Assembly (NCBI GenBank): GCA_010093815.1 | Contig: ML996569.1 | Origin: Pseudovirgaria hyperparasitica | Taxonomy: Eukaryota | Direction: 5' to 3' (one strand) | Length of the DNA: 64,000 nucleotides | Shown: one piece after another, positions 49,302-63,053 of the stretch | How positions within the stretch are numbered: the first letter of the stretch is position 1 | How the letters are laid out: each line of letters opens with the position of its first letter | The notes under the pieces: model-generated | Database searches by the model: none | The model's input: the letters and a program-made list of their open reading frames with translations, nothing else | What the model was told of the DNA's origin: nothing | Position numbers and translations under genes: made by a program

Positions 49302-52300
49302 GAACCATACAGGATCAGACAAGACCACAAGCTAAAGAGCCGACTCAGTCTCAGATGCGCGTCACGACATGATCGTGTCGATCCGGCAGCCAACCTTCTC
49401 AATGTTTCAGTTGATGCCGATTCTTTTACTGATCCTGCATGTCAAAACCGACTCGATGCGGGGGACCACCCTGTGACGGTACCCGCTGATGACCAGTACA
49501 CCACAGAGTGGGACGTCGTACTCAAAGGCCCTCAAGCCTGTTCATGTTGGAAAATTCAAGGCCAGGAGGACCCAGCAGTCCTATTTCTCAGCGACCACAA
49601 AAATTTAGATGCGAAACTTCCTAAGAAATTGTCACGAGGCAAAGCCAGTTACGAGTCAACACTAACCCACTGTGGCAAGAAGCAGACGCCGTCGCTCAAG
49701 ATTAATGATAGAATCAGTGCTTGCGTTCCCGAGGAGTCCCAGAATATAGAGCCTCCAACCCAGATAAAAGAGCCAGTCGATCATCCTTTCGACTACACTC
49801 GCTGGACGCCAAAACAATGGGAGAGCAAGTTATACCTCCAGCGCGGCTTTCGCATCGACCAACATATCTTCAAATATATTTGGACAGAGGCTTTAGCTTG
49901 CTGTAAAAGTGATGAACTAATACATAGCAGTCAGAGAACCCACCAATGCATCTACAATTTACTTCTTGAGCACCATCGTGAGGCTAGAAACAAAACCGAA
50001 AGAAAGTGGTGGAAGACTGCAGTAAGCGAATTTGCCAAGATGGTGCAAAAAACGCCAGGAGGGAAATTACGAGACCGAAGAATATCATGCACGAATATAG
50101 CATCATCTGCTGAAACCACTGTAAGCCTTTCAACCTGCCCTTAGTAGGTTTTCAGATGGCTAATCACTGCGGGCAAGCCCACAGCTAGCCTCAGTGAGAT
50201 ATCAGATGATCGGACAAAGTCGATCGACCTTCAAACTCCCAGTGAGAAACATTCTTGTCTCTTGATAGCCAGTTCCCAAATAAATTCGGATCCCTTCACG
50301 AAGCCTGGACAAGAGCCAGCTCTCAGTGAGATAGGATCATATCCAATTTCAAGATCGCTCACGAACATTGATAATCCACGGTCCAATACTCTGCGGTGCT
50401 TCTCACAGCGTCCTCCCCGTTCAAACATCACACCAAGGCACAACACCCGAACGGTACAAGGTATATTGTCGAAAAAATACCAAGTCCGCCGAAGTTTCGA
50501 CATTTTTGCGCCTCATGGCAATACGAACAAAGTCCTTCAAGATGATAGAAGCCAGAATACTGAAGCAAAGCTCTGGAAGAAGAGTTCCGAAGAGGCCGCT
50601 TTTGATCCATTGAGAAGATCACATGGGTCTCGATGTGGCTTCACTAAACACAACGAATCATCCAATATCTTCGGCTCGAGTTCTCTTCAGCATAGCAGAA
50701 GAGGACTGGGAAACAAGGACGATTGCCGGGACGTAACAAAATGCGATATGTTCTCCGAGGATAGGATACCGATACAGGTCGAGGACACCTCAAACAAGGA
50801 AGGTCTACGAGTTTGTGCGGGCATGTCGGTGAGTGGCTCGCGTATGGCGGATGAGTATATGAATCAACCTATGAACCTGGCCGTGTCAACGATTGGTCCA
50901 GGTCACAAATACTATGAAGGATCTGTGGACGAAGCTATATATCAGCGTGTTGATCGCTTTACGGAGCAGCCTATGGCTGGGTCGAGAGTATCAGTCACGG
51001 ACACGATTGTAGCTGTGCCACCTTCAAGCACAGGTGAAAAGACAATTCCCAAATCTGGAAAAAGGAAGTACATGGATCAACAAAATGTTACCACATCCCA
51101 ATCGCCATTAAGCGAAAAGTTCCCAGGCGGGCCAATTGGCAGCAGGTCCCTCGACCAGGTACAAAATTCAGACATAGGTCCAGGTTTGCAACAAATAAGC
51201 TGTAAGAAAAGGAGACATGCAGGATCTATCGAGCAAACAGGAGATATGTCGGATCCGTCTGGTCATCTGAGCACAAGGAAAGTATCGCAGTTCGGAATGA
51301 AGCAAATCGTTTGCCATCTCTGTAGGATGCGGCGACGAAAGCTCTGCAAACATAGGAATGATTTAGTCGGCTATGGAGAAGACACACCGGAGCTAGAAGA
51401 GGACTCGATCGTATCACAGCAAGAATTGGTTTATGGTCACAATAATAGAACAATTGATATGAGCATCGATAGTGCACTTGACAAAGGTACTTTGATACAG
51501 GTATATACGGATCTTCCAAAGGGCATGCAAAACACCTTGCCAGGAAAGGAGAGTTTTCCATTATTGGACCCGGAGGAGCAAAGGCTTCCATTCAGTCTTA
51601 CCAAGCCTGTTGATGCCGGGCAAATCGGTGACGAATCTGTCCGGCCAAGAGAATTTACGGATCTGTCCACAGGCTCCCAGGATATTCTAGGAGGAGGGGA
51701 CAGTGATGCATCCCAATCATACCAGATAGGGACGGCAAGATCCGTGACAGGCCCAATTCGATAGGTAAAAAAGGAGGTCCTTTCGACCTAAAAGCTTGGG
51801 ATTGGTCAGATTGGGTAATCAGGTCAAGTTTCGAGCTCCAACTTATTCTCATTGCTTTAACAGAAGCCCCAGACGAAGGTTTCACGGCGAAGCAGATTAT
51901 CTCTACGGTGACTGGGCGCTATCGGAATCCCGCTAGTAAGACTCAGTTGACAGAGGCTGTGTTCCAGGAACTCCGGAGACCCGAACTCAAAATAATCATT
52001 TGCCTTCCTGGTAACCCAGACAGATTTAGACTACCTCTGACTTTCACAGAAGACGAATCAGAGATTTGTATCCTCCGGGCTCGTAAGATAGAGCTGATGG
52101 AAAGAGAGCTGATACTTGACACCCCTGAGGATCATATCGATACTGAAGAAGAGACGGCCTCAGATCCCGTTTATACACAAACAGAGAGTGCCTCAGATCC
52201 CTCTCAAGATCTGGAGCATTACAAAATGCCGGATTCACCGCCCCTTGATTTAGCAATACTTTCTCTGAGATATCACATGAGTGGTGCGCTCATGGACTCT

Positions 52301-52822
52301 GACCAAATCGATGATGACATGCTTGATGAGAATGAACATTTACAGCAGCGGTTGAAGCTTCTTACTCGACAGCCCCGCACAACTCTTGAACGCTGCAGAC
52401 AGCTGGAGAAGGATCATGATCGAAAGCTACAAAATCGAAACGTAAGGTGCGAACGAGCGAAAGAGGAGGAGAATGAAGATGCTAAGAAATATTGTCGAGT
52501 GCTCTGTGACGAGCATGGACAGGGCGAAAAAGCTAAACACGAGCTAATGGGATGTAGTTGGGAGCTCGAGGAAGAGCCCGAACGACGTCAGAGCGCAAGG
52601 GACTCAATATCACTTGACTGCTCGTCCTCTAAAGCATGCCAAGATCATCCTATACCCCTGCCACGTTCACCGAGGTCTTCAAAAATGGTTGGATGGCATT
52701 ACACTGAACCTAAGCCATTGACGCAGGTCGAGTTGGAGGCGAAGAAACGTGAGATCGCGATGCGGCCGAGTAAACGTGAAGCACGTAATGAACGATTAAG
52801 ATCCTATTTAGGGCTTCCTTGA
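49302..52822 (+). CDS. Large hypothetical protein, possibly interrupted; 5' end unresolved
   Basis: Three long co-oriented ORFs. The first two join through an in-frame 57-nt intron (50121-50177, GTAAGC...CTAAT...AAG). The third is in another frame, open from 51707. Confidence 0.5.
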
Positions 52823-54372
52823 ATGCACAGCAGAGGAAGAGGCTACGATATCTTTGGGGAGGGGGACTTACAGTTGGAGCAGAGCGTCTTTGATGCAGCT
52901 GCGTCACGAACCAGGTTACGCCATATCAAATTGGTGTTTATAGACTACAAGTGAGGTTTTCAACCACTTTTATGATCATATGATGGCATTGGTATATCTG
53001 CGTTATGCATTGCATTGGGTAGAGTTCGTTTGCATATGGGTTGGTCTTAGAAAAAGTTTTATTAGAGCCGGCAATATCACTAGCATATTTGCGACCTGCA
53101 GCTGGGCGTTTTGGTTGAGTATCACAAGGTCACTTTTTCCATGTCCGTCGTAATTCAGTAATGGCTCTAGATATGCGAAATTGCCGCACACGACCAGAAA
53201 ACGCACGGAAGCTTCGCCTTGCAACCATCAGCCCTTGATCAGGTCTCCTAGTCTGTGTTCTCCTAGCCGCATTGATTGATCCATCGTGGCTAGACTGAAG
53301 AGGCTATCTGCGAGACCACAAGAAACCCACCGGTAGGCGAGTATTTGGATTGTCTTCACCCTTCCCAAACATGGGATGTGACCCTCTCTAATAGAAGAAA
53401 AGATATACATTCAGTTAGCACATGCCAGGTGTCTAGTATAGAAAGCTTTCTTAGTGGACGTTTCAAGCTTATTCTTTGTTATTCGAACCCGTACTAGCTG
53501 TTGGCTCAGGCGTCCTCTAATAATGAAACCCTCGAAACATCTGCACCATCATCGCACGGTGTCATCGTCTCCTCAAGATGTGGCGTAGTGGCTGCTCCAC
53601 GCCATTTAAGTAAGTGTATCTATAATACTCATCAGAACGGCACTCGTGACGATATTAGACATAACAGAGAAAAAGTTATCATGTGATATGCCAGGAACAG
53701 GCGAGGAAAACCAAGAGGGAGATCCTATTCACCAGCACGGTACCGTCTGCCGAACGCTAGTGGGAACACCCGCCCCCTTGACATCATCCGCCTAATCCTG
53801 CCATAATCTTGTCCCAGGCCCGGCCTGAACAACAACCAACAATCTCCTCTCAACCCACAACTTGTTTCTCCCCATGTCTCGCATGTGTTGTCTCCAATCA
53901 GCCTGACATCCATCTGATCATCCCTCTTCACGGCCAGGATGTCAATCTTGTTTGCTGGAGATTGCACTCCATGCTGTGTCGCTTGTTGAGTTGGCCAAAA
54001 GAACAAGAGCTGGGATGACGCGTGGCGAAGCGACGCGTGAGAGGCTGAGGGCCGCACACGCACCACCAAGCACACTGAGTTCGCGGTATGACGACGCCAA
54101 TCGCGGAACAAAGTCCTGCTTGTCCATAGAATTGCGAGGGAAGTGCAGGTTTTGCGCTCACTGGCACGATGACGGTGGGTAGGCAGAGGAGGATTTAAGC
54201 TGATGCCTCTTCTCGGGTGAAGTGATCATATCCTCACATTGTCACTGCGACTCTTTACACGTATCTCAGTTAAGCAGTATATTCATAAGCTTTTCCGTGT
54301 AAAGTGCCTCACACACCTACTCTCCTCTCCATCTCTCATACTCATCGAAATTCATAATCATCAACATACATC

Positions 54373-54925
54373 ATGATTATCTCCCGCGCCGTCTCTCTCT
54401 TCCTCCGGTTCGCAGAATTTGTCTGCGCTGCCATAGTCCTCGGAATCCTCGCCTACTGGATTCATCAAGTTCGCGATGTCAACGGTGATCCCCGTGGCCG
54501 TGATATTTACACGCTCGTCGTCTCCGTTCTCGGAGTCCTTGCCGCCCTCGCTCTCCTCATCCCAACCACCTCGAGCTTCATGCATGCTCCTGTCGACCTT
54601 ATTTTCTCCGCTCTATGGTTTGCCGCCTTTGGGCTTCTTGTGCAAGGTCTGAACAACGATGCTTGCGGTGGAACGTTCCAGTGGGGCGTGATTCGTGCTG
54701 GTGGCTTTTGTGGCCAGTACAGAGCGGCGGAAGCCTTCAGCTTTCTAGCTGCAATTTTTTGGTTCACTAGCTTTCTACTTAGCTTGTGGGTAGCGAGGAA
54801 AGCGAAGAGTGGTAATGTTGTAGTTGCTGATGGCCACCGGTAAGCTTCCCAATCTTGATAGGATTATCTGTCACTGACCTTCACTTAGTAGCCGTCGTCG
54901 CTGGGGTCGCCGCTCTGCGGTCTAG
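54373..54925 (+). CDS. MARVEL-domain four-TM membrane protein; intron from 54840 to 54888 or 54891
   Basis: LFLRFAEFVCAAIVLG, DLIFSALWFAAFG, a C...C loop, CGQYRAAEAFSFLA and a basic tail RRRWGRRSAV. Confidence 0.9.
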
Positions 54926-56360
54926 GCTTGTGATTGTGTCTGTTTTGTATAAGTACTCACAAGTTGCACAAGTAAAGTCTCAACGGTGGGCGTTGGATTC
55001 TGGATTCTCTTCAGCGTACTATATGCCGGTTCTCTACGATCGTGTTGTAGCATGCTTTCTTGATCATTTTGCCATGGTAATGAGCTCAATAATACTTCAT
55101 GTCTTCAGCAAAACATGCCTACATTAGTATTACATTCCTTCATCCGCTTCTTGTCTTTGCCGTTCCAGAGGTTCATCCGGTCATACCTCCTTTTACAGCC
55201 ATGTCGACCTTGACCACATCGCCTATGTCATGACCCAGCTGCTCGATCTTGTATGTTGTGCTTCGCATTATCGGCTCGCCAATGTAACGATGTCTCATGC
55301 CTATGAGCTCCCCCAGAAGTCTATTACTCGTCTCTAGTTGGTGACAAGCTGTGCTATTTCACCATACATTGGCAGACATTTTCCTGAAGGCGGCGTTACT
55401 GATCTCTGTGTTTTCGTAATTCGTTCTTTGTGAGCCTTTCAATATCACATTTCACCTCCTTGTCTGTCCATGGTGATCCACCCTCATTACACAGTAATAG
55501 TAGACGATGTATTCGAAGCGCGTCTGGGATGACCCGCGCATTGCTAGAAATGTTACCATTCTCCGGCATGTACTATTGACACTGCCACCCGTGAATTACG
55601 TTGCAAGTTCAGAATAACCAAGGATAGTCTCCAGCGTTGCACAAATGGTTGATCTAAGCACAGATGTACGGCCGACCCATAAAGTCAGCAGCCAGAGGCC
55701 ATAGACAAGCATTTGTCGGCACACTAATAAAGCTTAGCAAAGGCTTGCCTGATGCATTGTCAGCCTCAACGTTCACCGACACATCAAAGCCCCTTGTAGC
55801 CATTCGAATGGTCGTTGGCTGCGTACTGTACTCACTTCAGCCCCAGCGCTAAACCCGATTTGGGTCTATCCACGAGCTGTCTAGTGTGTGCTAAAGTGGA
55901 CTGTCGATCCTCAACTTTTAAACTGTCTCGCTAGAACCTAAACTTTCCCATGCATCGTAGGCCGCTAAACCACATGCAGACCTATATGCGATATCCCAAA
56001 ATCCTCCTGCTGCGCCACTGCAGATGGTCTGGGGTTTTCCGACGAGCAGTCTTGCTGCCTCAGCTATGTCATGTAGTACCCTTCAGCCTATCGTTCCGTA
56101 TACCCACTCTCTGTCGTTTACTGATGTAGAGCTGTTGGGTGGAGGGCTCGCACATTCATCTGGAAATGGAATAGTGGTGGGTCGGGGCTGTGTGTCTAAG
56201 ATATGCGATCATCTCTATCCATCCGCTGCCATGACGAGATGCATTCCTGAGACTGTATAAGACCGTTCACACGTCCAAGTAATCTTGTCTCGACATTCAA
56301 GCAATATTCTATATAGCAGCATCTTTACATTGCTCGTCGCTCCTGCAGCATTAATTGAAC

Positions 56361-57373
56361 ATGGTCAGCTACCGCGAAGGGGTCGCTATCCTCCAAATCA
56401 TCTTCTACTTTCTTTGCGTCCCCCTTGCATTATTCCTCTGCAAGCGCCATGGCTTTGCCAAGTCTTCTGGATGGTACTTCTTGATCCTATTCGTGCTGTT
56501 CCGCCTAACAGCTGGAATATGCACACTCATCTACACGCAAGCGGTCGGGAATGGCGATGGGACAACGGCGACGAATGCCGTGACGGGCGCCATCGTATGT
56601 AACAGCACAGGTCTCTCACCACTCAATCTAATACTTTTGGGGCTTTTAAGCAGAGTGTGAGTTGCCTTTGGTGGACAACTTGTGACGCGATAGCACGACT
56701 GATACGTAGTCGCAGGAACGATCATATCGCTGAAGGCACAGGGAAGGTTCCGCCTCGTGTGTTCAAGCTCATCGGTCTAGTTTCACTGGTAGGCCTGATC
56801 CTCAGTTCGTCCGGTGGCTCATCAAGCACCTATCATGATGACGGTAGTGTCACAATCGCTACGACCTCAAAGGCTGCCCTCATCATGTTCTTCATCATTT
56901 TCATCGTCCAAGTCTTCCTTACGATCTATTTCCAAACTCGTTCCCGCGCAATCGACAAGGGCGAAAAGAGACTTGTACTGGCGGTCGCTATCTGCAGCCC
57001 TTTCCTAATCATCCGTTACGCATACCAATTCGAATACACCTTCACCGGAAAGCGGAAGTGGAGCTCTACGTTTGGTGATGTAACGCTGTTTCTGATCCTT
57101 TTCGTTTTGACGGAAATCATCGTTGTTACGACGTGCATCGCCGTAGGTTTAACACTGCGCAAACGACCTGCAACGGCTCAAACGCACGATGAGCTAGCGG
57201 AAAGCGGAGCATCGGCTGATGAGGTTGAAACCTCCAGAAGACAGGCGCAGATCAAGAGGCGAAAGGCTCGTGGCCCGATCTCGTGGCTGTATTACACCAT
57301 ACAGGAGAGCGTGAAGAACAATTCGAAGAGTTCGCAGCAACCACATCAGGTAGAGGGCTATAGCCATAAGTGA
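56361..57373 (+). CDS. Fungal integral membrane protein with about 7 TM segments; intron 56657-56715
   Basis: RHGFAKSSGWYFLILF..R, GLSPL, GEKRLVLAVAICSPFLIIRYAY and seven hydrophobic segments. Confidence 0.85.
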
Positions 57374-57555
57374 GATCAGGACCATGTTGATCAAAGATCG
57401 GGTCGAGAATCATACGCCGAGTGATGGCGATCATAGATAGATAAAATCTTCGCGCTTGTGACAATGTTTTTGGATACCAATTCGGCGAGTTTGGGGGTCA
57501 TTTGTTGTAAACCGCGCACATAGATGACATATCATATAGACGAATCAGGATTACA

Positions 57556-58709
57556 TCACCTTCTGTTCAAAAGCCATGCTGTTCGCAGGGATCCACGATC
57601 GCCTAATGAACCTCGCCACTGAATCGCGAGCTGTCCAAGTACTGTTCGTTGATCACCAGGAGGCAATTTCGGCACCGGAGCAGAAATACCCTCGGACGTC
57701 GCATCAATCGATTCTAGTGCTTGTTCTTCCAGGAGAAAGGCGACCTGTAGGACATCTCGTGGATTCAGAATTGGATTATGCGGTACCGCTGATGCGGCTG
57801 GATGAGACGGGAAGTCCCAATTCAATGAAGTGGTTTTAAATATCGGGTTAGGATTGATCGTGACGGCCTGTTTCGTGTCAACGTTGGGTGGGGATGCCAT
57901 TACATTCAACGCGTTCACTTACCTCTAGACTAAGAGCAGCATGTCCCATGTTCTCCAACTGTGCCTCTAATGCATATCTCTCTCGCTCGATCTTCTTCTC
58001 ACCCGTACCCTCTATTAACGGCGGAAGATCGCCTGCTTTCGTCCTGACATTCAGGAGTTGTTGCGCAACAAACTGATACAGTTTTCGGAATGTCCGTACT
58101 CTTCCACCACTGGCACCGCCTCCTCCAGCACCAAGCCCATCGCTCGATCGAAGGATTTCTGAGTATGTAACTGTCACGGCGAGTACATGGTTTCCCTCCT
58201 CACTGAGCTCATACTTGAGCACTCGCTGTACGCTTTCACCCGGTCCTGCGTCTTCGCCTGTCCCTTGTAACGAAAGCCCTATTCCATTCGGTTGTGCGGG
58301 AGTCTGGATCTCTGCCGTGATCCTTATGCCAGAGACGCTTAGCGAAGCATTCGGCGAGACGGCTGACGGGAGCTCATTGTTCGCGCATAATGTACATGCG
58401 AATGTTTCGCCCACATAAGCTGCGCCGAAAGAGGACGGTAACTGCAGGTTCTCGCCGATCGTAAAAGGCGTCGCGTCTTGATCTGGCGCTGAAGGATATG
58501 AGAGAGAAGACGATATAGGTATCGAGATATCTGACTCAGTCGATCGCGGGAGAGGATATTGGTCTGGGAGAGAGGGCCGGGCCAGCCTATACTGTGGTCA
58601 GAATATGCCACCGAGGGCCGTAGAAGAAAGCCTACCTGAGAACTTTGAGACTGACAGAATGGGGATGCTTAACACCTTCTGCTGTGGACTGGGTCCTTTG
58701 GTGAGCCAT
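57556..58709 (-). CDS. TRAPP subunit 13-like (DUF974), 3 exons
   Basis: HSVSLKVLR, PSSFGAAYVGETFACTLCANN, ELSEEGNHVLAVTVTY, RTFRKLYQF, LEAQLEN, LGQLAIQWRGSLGDRG. Confidence 0.9.
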
Positions 58710-58919
58710 AACGATGCATTAAAAAGCAGATCCAAATTGTCATGCAAATGCAATATCTTGGGTGCAACCCTATTGACAAGTATCATACCCGAGCTCCGAA
58801 ACTTTAGCAAATTCATAGATACGAATGCCAAGACATGCCTAACTATGAATACCACTTCTGCTCTCAAGTCTTCAGCACTCCTACATAAAATTCAAACTTA
58901 TAGGCCTATCAACTAGATA

Positions 58920-59622
58920 ATGAGCGCTGTCAAAAAGGACACCCTGCCGCTGACGCGGTCTGCTCACCTTGTCCTTGTGTCCGACACGCCAAAAGGTAAT
59001 CCATCTACACTTTCACACTAACTCATCATCGTGCCTATCCTGCTGCGATCAGGGACTACATCGCTCAGCACTCATAAAGAAAACAGACTTCGCTGAGACA
59101 TAATCAGGCAGAGGTGTTTTCGCGCAACAGAATATAGACGCACACACCGTTATAGAAACGTGCCCAGTCTTAGTCCTAGATCCAGTCGAAAATACAGAGC
59201 ATATAGAGCATACAACATTGTATCACTATACTTAGTACGTGCATGGTGCTTTATGTCTGCGGTAGATCTGATGAGTGTCACTGACACACTTATATAGCAA
59301 TTGGCCCATGAAGACTGCTAATGGCTCGGTGATTACCACACAAGCCGTTGTCTTTGGGCTAGGCTCTATGTTCAACCACTCTCACGACCAGAATGTAGGC
59401 TGGGAAAGAAACGTAGAGAAGCAAGTCGTCACATACAAGACGCTTCGCAGTGTCTCTGCGGGTGAAGAGCTCTGTAGGTTAAGCTTGTGCGTCAAAGGTT
59501 TCTTTTCACTGACAATACGAGGTATATCTTACGGCTCACATTTGACATTCAAAGATGTCTCTGCACCACCAGAAGAGATAGAAGAGCCACACGAGATGCT
59601 GAGCAAAATACAACTCGATTGA
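58920..59622 (+). CDS. Small stand-alone SET-domain lysine methyltransferase (S. pombe Set7-like), 4 exons
   Basis: K-G|RGVFA, VIETCPVLVL, LYHYTY|NW, GLGSMFNHS, GEELC|ISYG. Confidence 0.9.
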
Positions 59623-59821
59623 TTCATTAGGACCCAAGTTGAAAGCCACGCTGTTTGATCGACGATCATGATACTAAAGAAAGTCAAAGTGCTCCTCCCA
59701 TTTTAGAAGCCGCTCGAGCATGTCTCATCATATCATAGACCATCTACATCCCACATCCCAAGACCAGGTAACGCCAGTGCACCAAGTTTAATACAGTATC
59801 CATATATATATGCCCTGCTGC

Positions 59822-61510
59822 TCAATTCACCGCTGTCGGCTCGCGAGTCTCAAGGCTTGGAGCAGAAGGCGTTTGGCTCTCTTCCTCAGTCTTGGCTCCG
59901 TCACGAAGATCGGTCGCCAATTTGACGCATTCCTTTACCAATGCATCAAGAGCTTCCTGTCCATCAGGTGCGTCTCCATTGACCATGAACTTGCCATCCA
60001 CCCGGGTGTTTTCGATGGAATTGAGCTTCATACTGTATGGGTAAAGCTCTTGAGGACTGGATACACCTCCCGCCTTCCCAACCTGGATCAGACAGTCCTT
60101 CAGAGTCTTCAACTGATTGTAGACAGGTAGCAAGGCGGACGAGACTGGTTCCGAAGAAACGATCAGATGGTAAATGAGAGCGTAACTCTTTCGGATCAGG
60201 TACAAGAGCGTCTAGCGATGGTTAGCGATGAGCCATTCCGAATGATATGCAGCGCGTCTCACCCTCTGAGCGTGAAGGTCTGCAGGGTTTCCATTGGCGT
60301 CAACAAAGTTGCCATTGACTCGAGTGTCGTCGTACTTGTCCAATGTGCGCTGGTAGCCATATAAATCTGTCTCTCGAATCGACCACGTTGAGCAGAGAAC
60401 CAGATTCTCTAGCTTATTTCGGACATTTACCAGTTTTTCATAAGGCTCTTGAAACCGCTCGTCGATCTTTCCTTGCCTATGCAAGGTTAGTGTAGCTCAA
60501 CGAGACCCATGTGTACATACCTAGCTGTGATAATTTCGGCCCATAAGAAGCATCGATATAATAGCTCGTTGATTAAGGCATCTGCAGGTCGAGGTCCACA
60601 CTTCTGTTCTTTCTCACGATTCTCCGTGAGAATAGTGGAATATATCTCTTCATAGGATCTTCCGGTGGTGTCGACTTTGTGTTCCACCTTCATGTTCTCT
60701 TCGATCTCTTTTAGCTGTGATACAAAAGCATCAACCTCTTTCTTCGGGAACTGCTAAGCGTTAGCGATGTCGGGAATCCTCCTTTAGCCTCTTACAGTCT
60801 TCTTAGTGTTCAGATTCGACAAGGAGCGAAGAATCGAGACCAGCGTCGAATAACACTTTGAGTCTTCTGGTGTCAAGTTCGAAAGACTTAAATATAGGTC
60901 ATCCAAGGTCTCTTGGCAGATGTCTAGGCGAGCATCGAGCAGGATAATCAACTCGGCATCATGACTATCTTCACCCTCCGCGCAGCATCGTCGGTAGCGT
61001 TTCAACGTCTTGCTTATTCCGTCCAAGTCCCCACGGCAGAAGAATGCAGCTTCCTTCAAATGATCTAGGAGCCTCTTTATTGTAGAAACGGCAGCATATC
61101 TAGGAGCGTTATCAGTCGTGTAACTTCTACTTCGGAAAGTGGTCCATACACTGCTGGAGGTTCGCACGTCTTCCCTGACGCAAGGAAGGACAGTGAAATG
61201 AGACGGAAGCAGTCATCAAGAATGTGATCGACTGTGTAATTACCACTCGTCAGTTCACTGTAACTAACGCCTTTCACATAATGGCTTCAGTACCTCTATT
61301 TTGCTCATATCTCTTTTCCCTGCGAATCTCATTTAATATCTTGACCTGCTTGATCACTTTCTCATAGTGTGGAATTATGTCTTGGCTCTTGATGTGCTGG
61401 CTTTTGTCATGCCTAAGCAGCTCCAACTCTGTGCGGATGTTGAGAAGGGCGTCCAGAATAGGCGTCTCGTTCGGGTCTTGCGGCACGCTGACGGCGGGAG
61501 AATCACTCAT
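59822..61510 (-). CDS. Conserved fungal protein DUF2408/UPF0662 (yeast Cub1/YPL260W-like), multi-exon
   Basis: VDHILDDCFRLISL, EPPA.YAAVSTIKRLLDHLKE, WSIRETDLYGYQR, SSEPVSSALLPVYNQL, ELYPYSMKL...RVDGKF. Confidence 0.85.
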
Positions 61511-61969
61511 GGTCGATTACTGCGCACAGTATGTCTGTCGGTAAGAAGACGATGTCGCAAGATCAGCTACGTGACTGCAGTGAGAAGGGTAGACGAAAGG
61601 CAGAGTCCTTAACGGCAATTGCAGAAAGCTGGGGATGCCAACACGATCGCAATGCGGCTTCCGGGGTTAATCAGCAACGAAAGAGTGGTCGCGGCAACGG
61701 GCTGCAGGGAGTGCAGCACAGGATGGATCCATAAAGCCGAGGGGCTCTTACAAACTGACGTCGCCCCTCCGAGTCGCCGATCGCCACGCAAATGCGGGGG
61801 TCGAAAAGTCTCGCTTCGGCGAAACCTTTGGCCGATTCCGGCCACACACTACGCTTACGCCCTACCAAAAACACCCCAATCCGGGATTAGCACACCGACC
61901 TGAAAATCGCACGAACGTACTTCAACCTCGACATCACAACACCGTCGATTTTCCGCAGAATCAGTCACA

Positions 61970-62528
61970 ATGTCCAACGCTGAGCTAGCATCTTCATACG
62001 CCGCCCTAATCCTCGCGGATGACGGTGTCGAAATCACTGTACGTCCGTCTTATCAGCATATTGTCCTGTTATCACAGAGTTGCAACTGCGACATCACGTC
62101 AAAGAATTGCGCAAACCAGGAATTGCATTCGCTGACAATTTTACACAGGCAGACAAGCTCCAAACTCTCATCAAGGCCGCAAACATCGAAGACGTCGAGC
62201 CGATATGGACATCCCTCTTCGCCAAGGTATACATCTTCCAGCAACGCAACCACTGAGCAGAAAAGTAACATCGTCTAGGCTCTTGAAGGCAAAGACGTAA
62301 AGGACCTGCTTCTCAACGTTGGCTCTGGCGGAGGTGCCGCCGCTGCTCCAGCTGCCGGTGGTGCTGCCGCCGCCGGTGGTGACGCCGAGGAGGCCAAGGA
62401 GGAGGCTAAGGAAGAGGGTATGTTCATTTCCCCACTCCATCTCGCATACATACAAGACGTCACTTGCTTACAAACCTACAGAGAAGGAAGAGTCGGACGA
62501 CGACATGGGCTTCGGTCTGTTCGACTAA
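61970..62528 (+). CDS. RPP1: 60S acidic ribosomal protein P1; introns about 62039-62148, 62227-62278, 62418-62481
   Basis: [61 protein letters not shown]. Confidence 0.97.
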
Positions 62529-63053
62529 GCGCATTTCCTTTGTATCCCTCCCTCACCAAACCCCTTGTTCAAAACCTTCCGAATTTCAAAGAAAGCTACG
62601 AAATGCATGTGGGATCCGGCTGCTCAGGCGTCAAGTCGTGGATGCAGATTTAGACGGTTAATACCAATATAAAAATCCGATATCCTCGACACAAAAATCG
62701 ATGCTATACGGCGCAACGAAGACGTGAAATGTGACAGAAAGCTGTAGAGATGCTCGACTCTCATAAGAAGGCACGTGAGATAACGGAACAGCTGATATTT
62801 TGGCACAACTCAGATGGCGTAACGAACGTGGAACTTTGTAGTGTTCACTAAGATGTGCAGATCGAAAGACCTTAGTTGACTCGTCCTACTCATGTCCATC
62901 GACCCTACGTACACTCGTGCGTCTGACTCAATTAGAGCGGCGCGACCAGCGCCATTGCCACTCCAGTTTCCCCGTATAATACAAATAATCAGACATTAAT
63001 CCTAATTCCCAAGCTCATCCAAAGCGCCATATAACCAAAATATTCCCCCACCC

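Noticed and set aside
53470..53520. GGTTCGAAT (tRNA T-loop/B-box-like) on the - strand
   Set aside because: The flanks do not pair as a T-stem and no cloverleaf forms.
61962..61969. CAGTCACA (fission-yeast Homol-D box) at the ribosomal P1 gene
   Set aside because: It directly abuts the ATG, so it lies in the 5' UTR/Kozak context and not at a promoter position.
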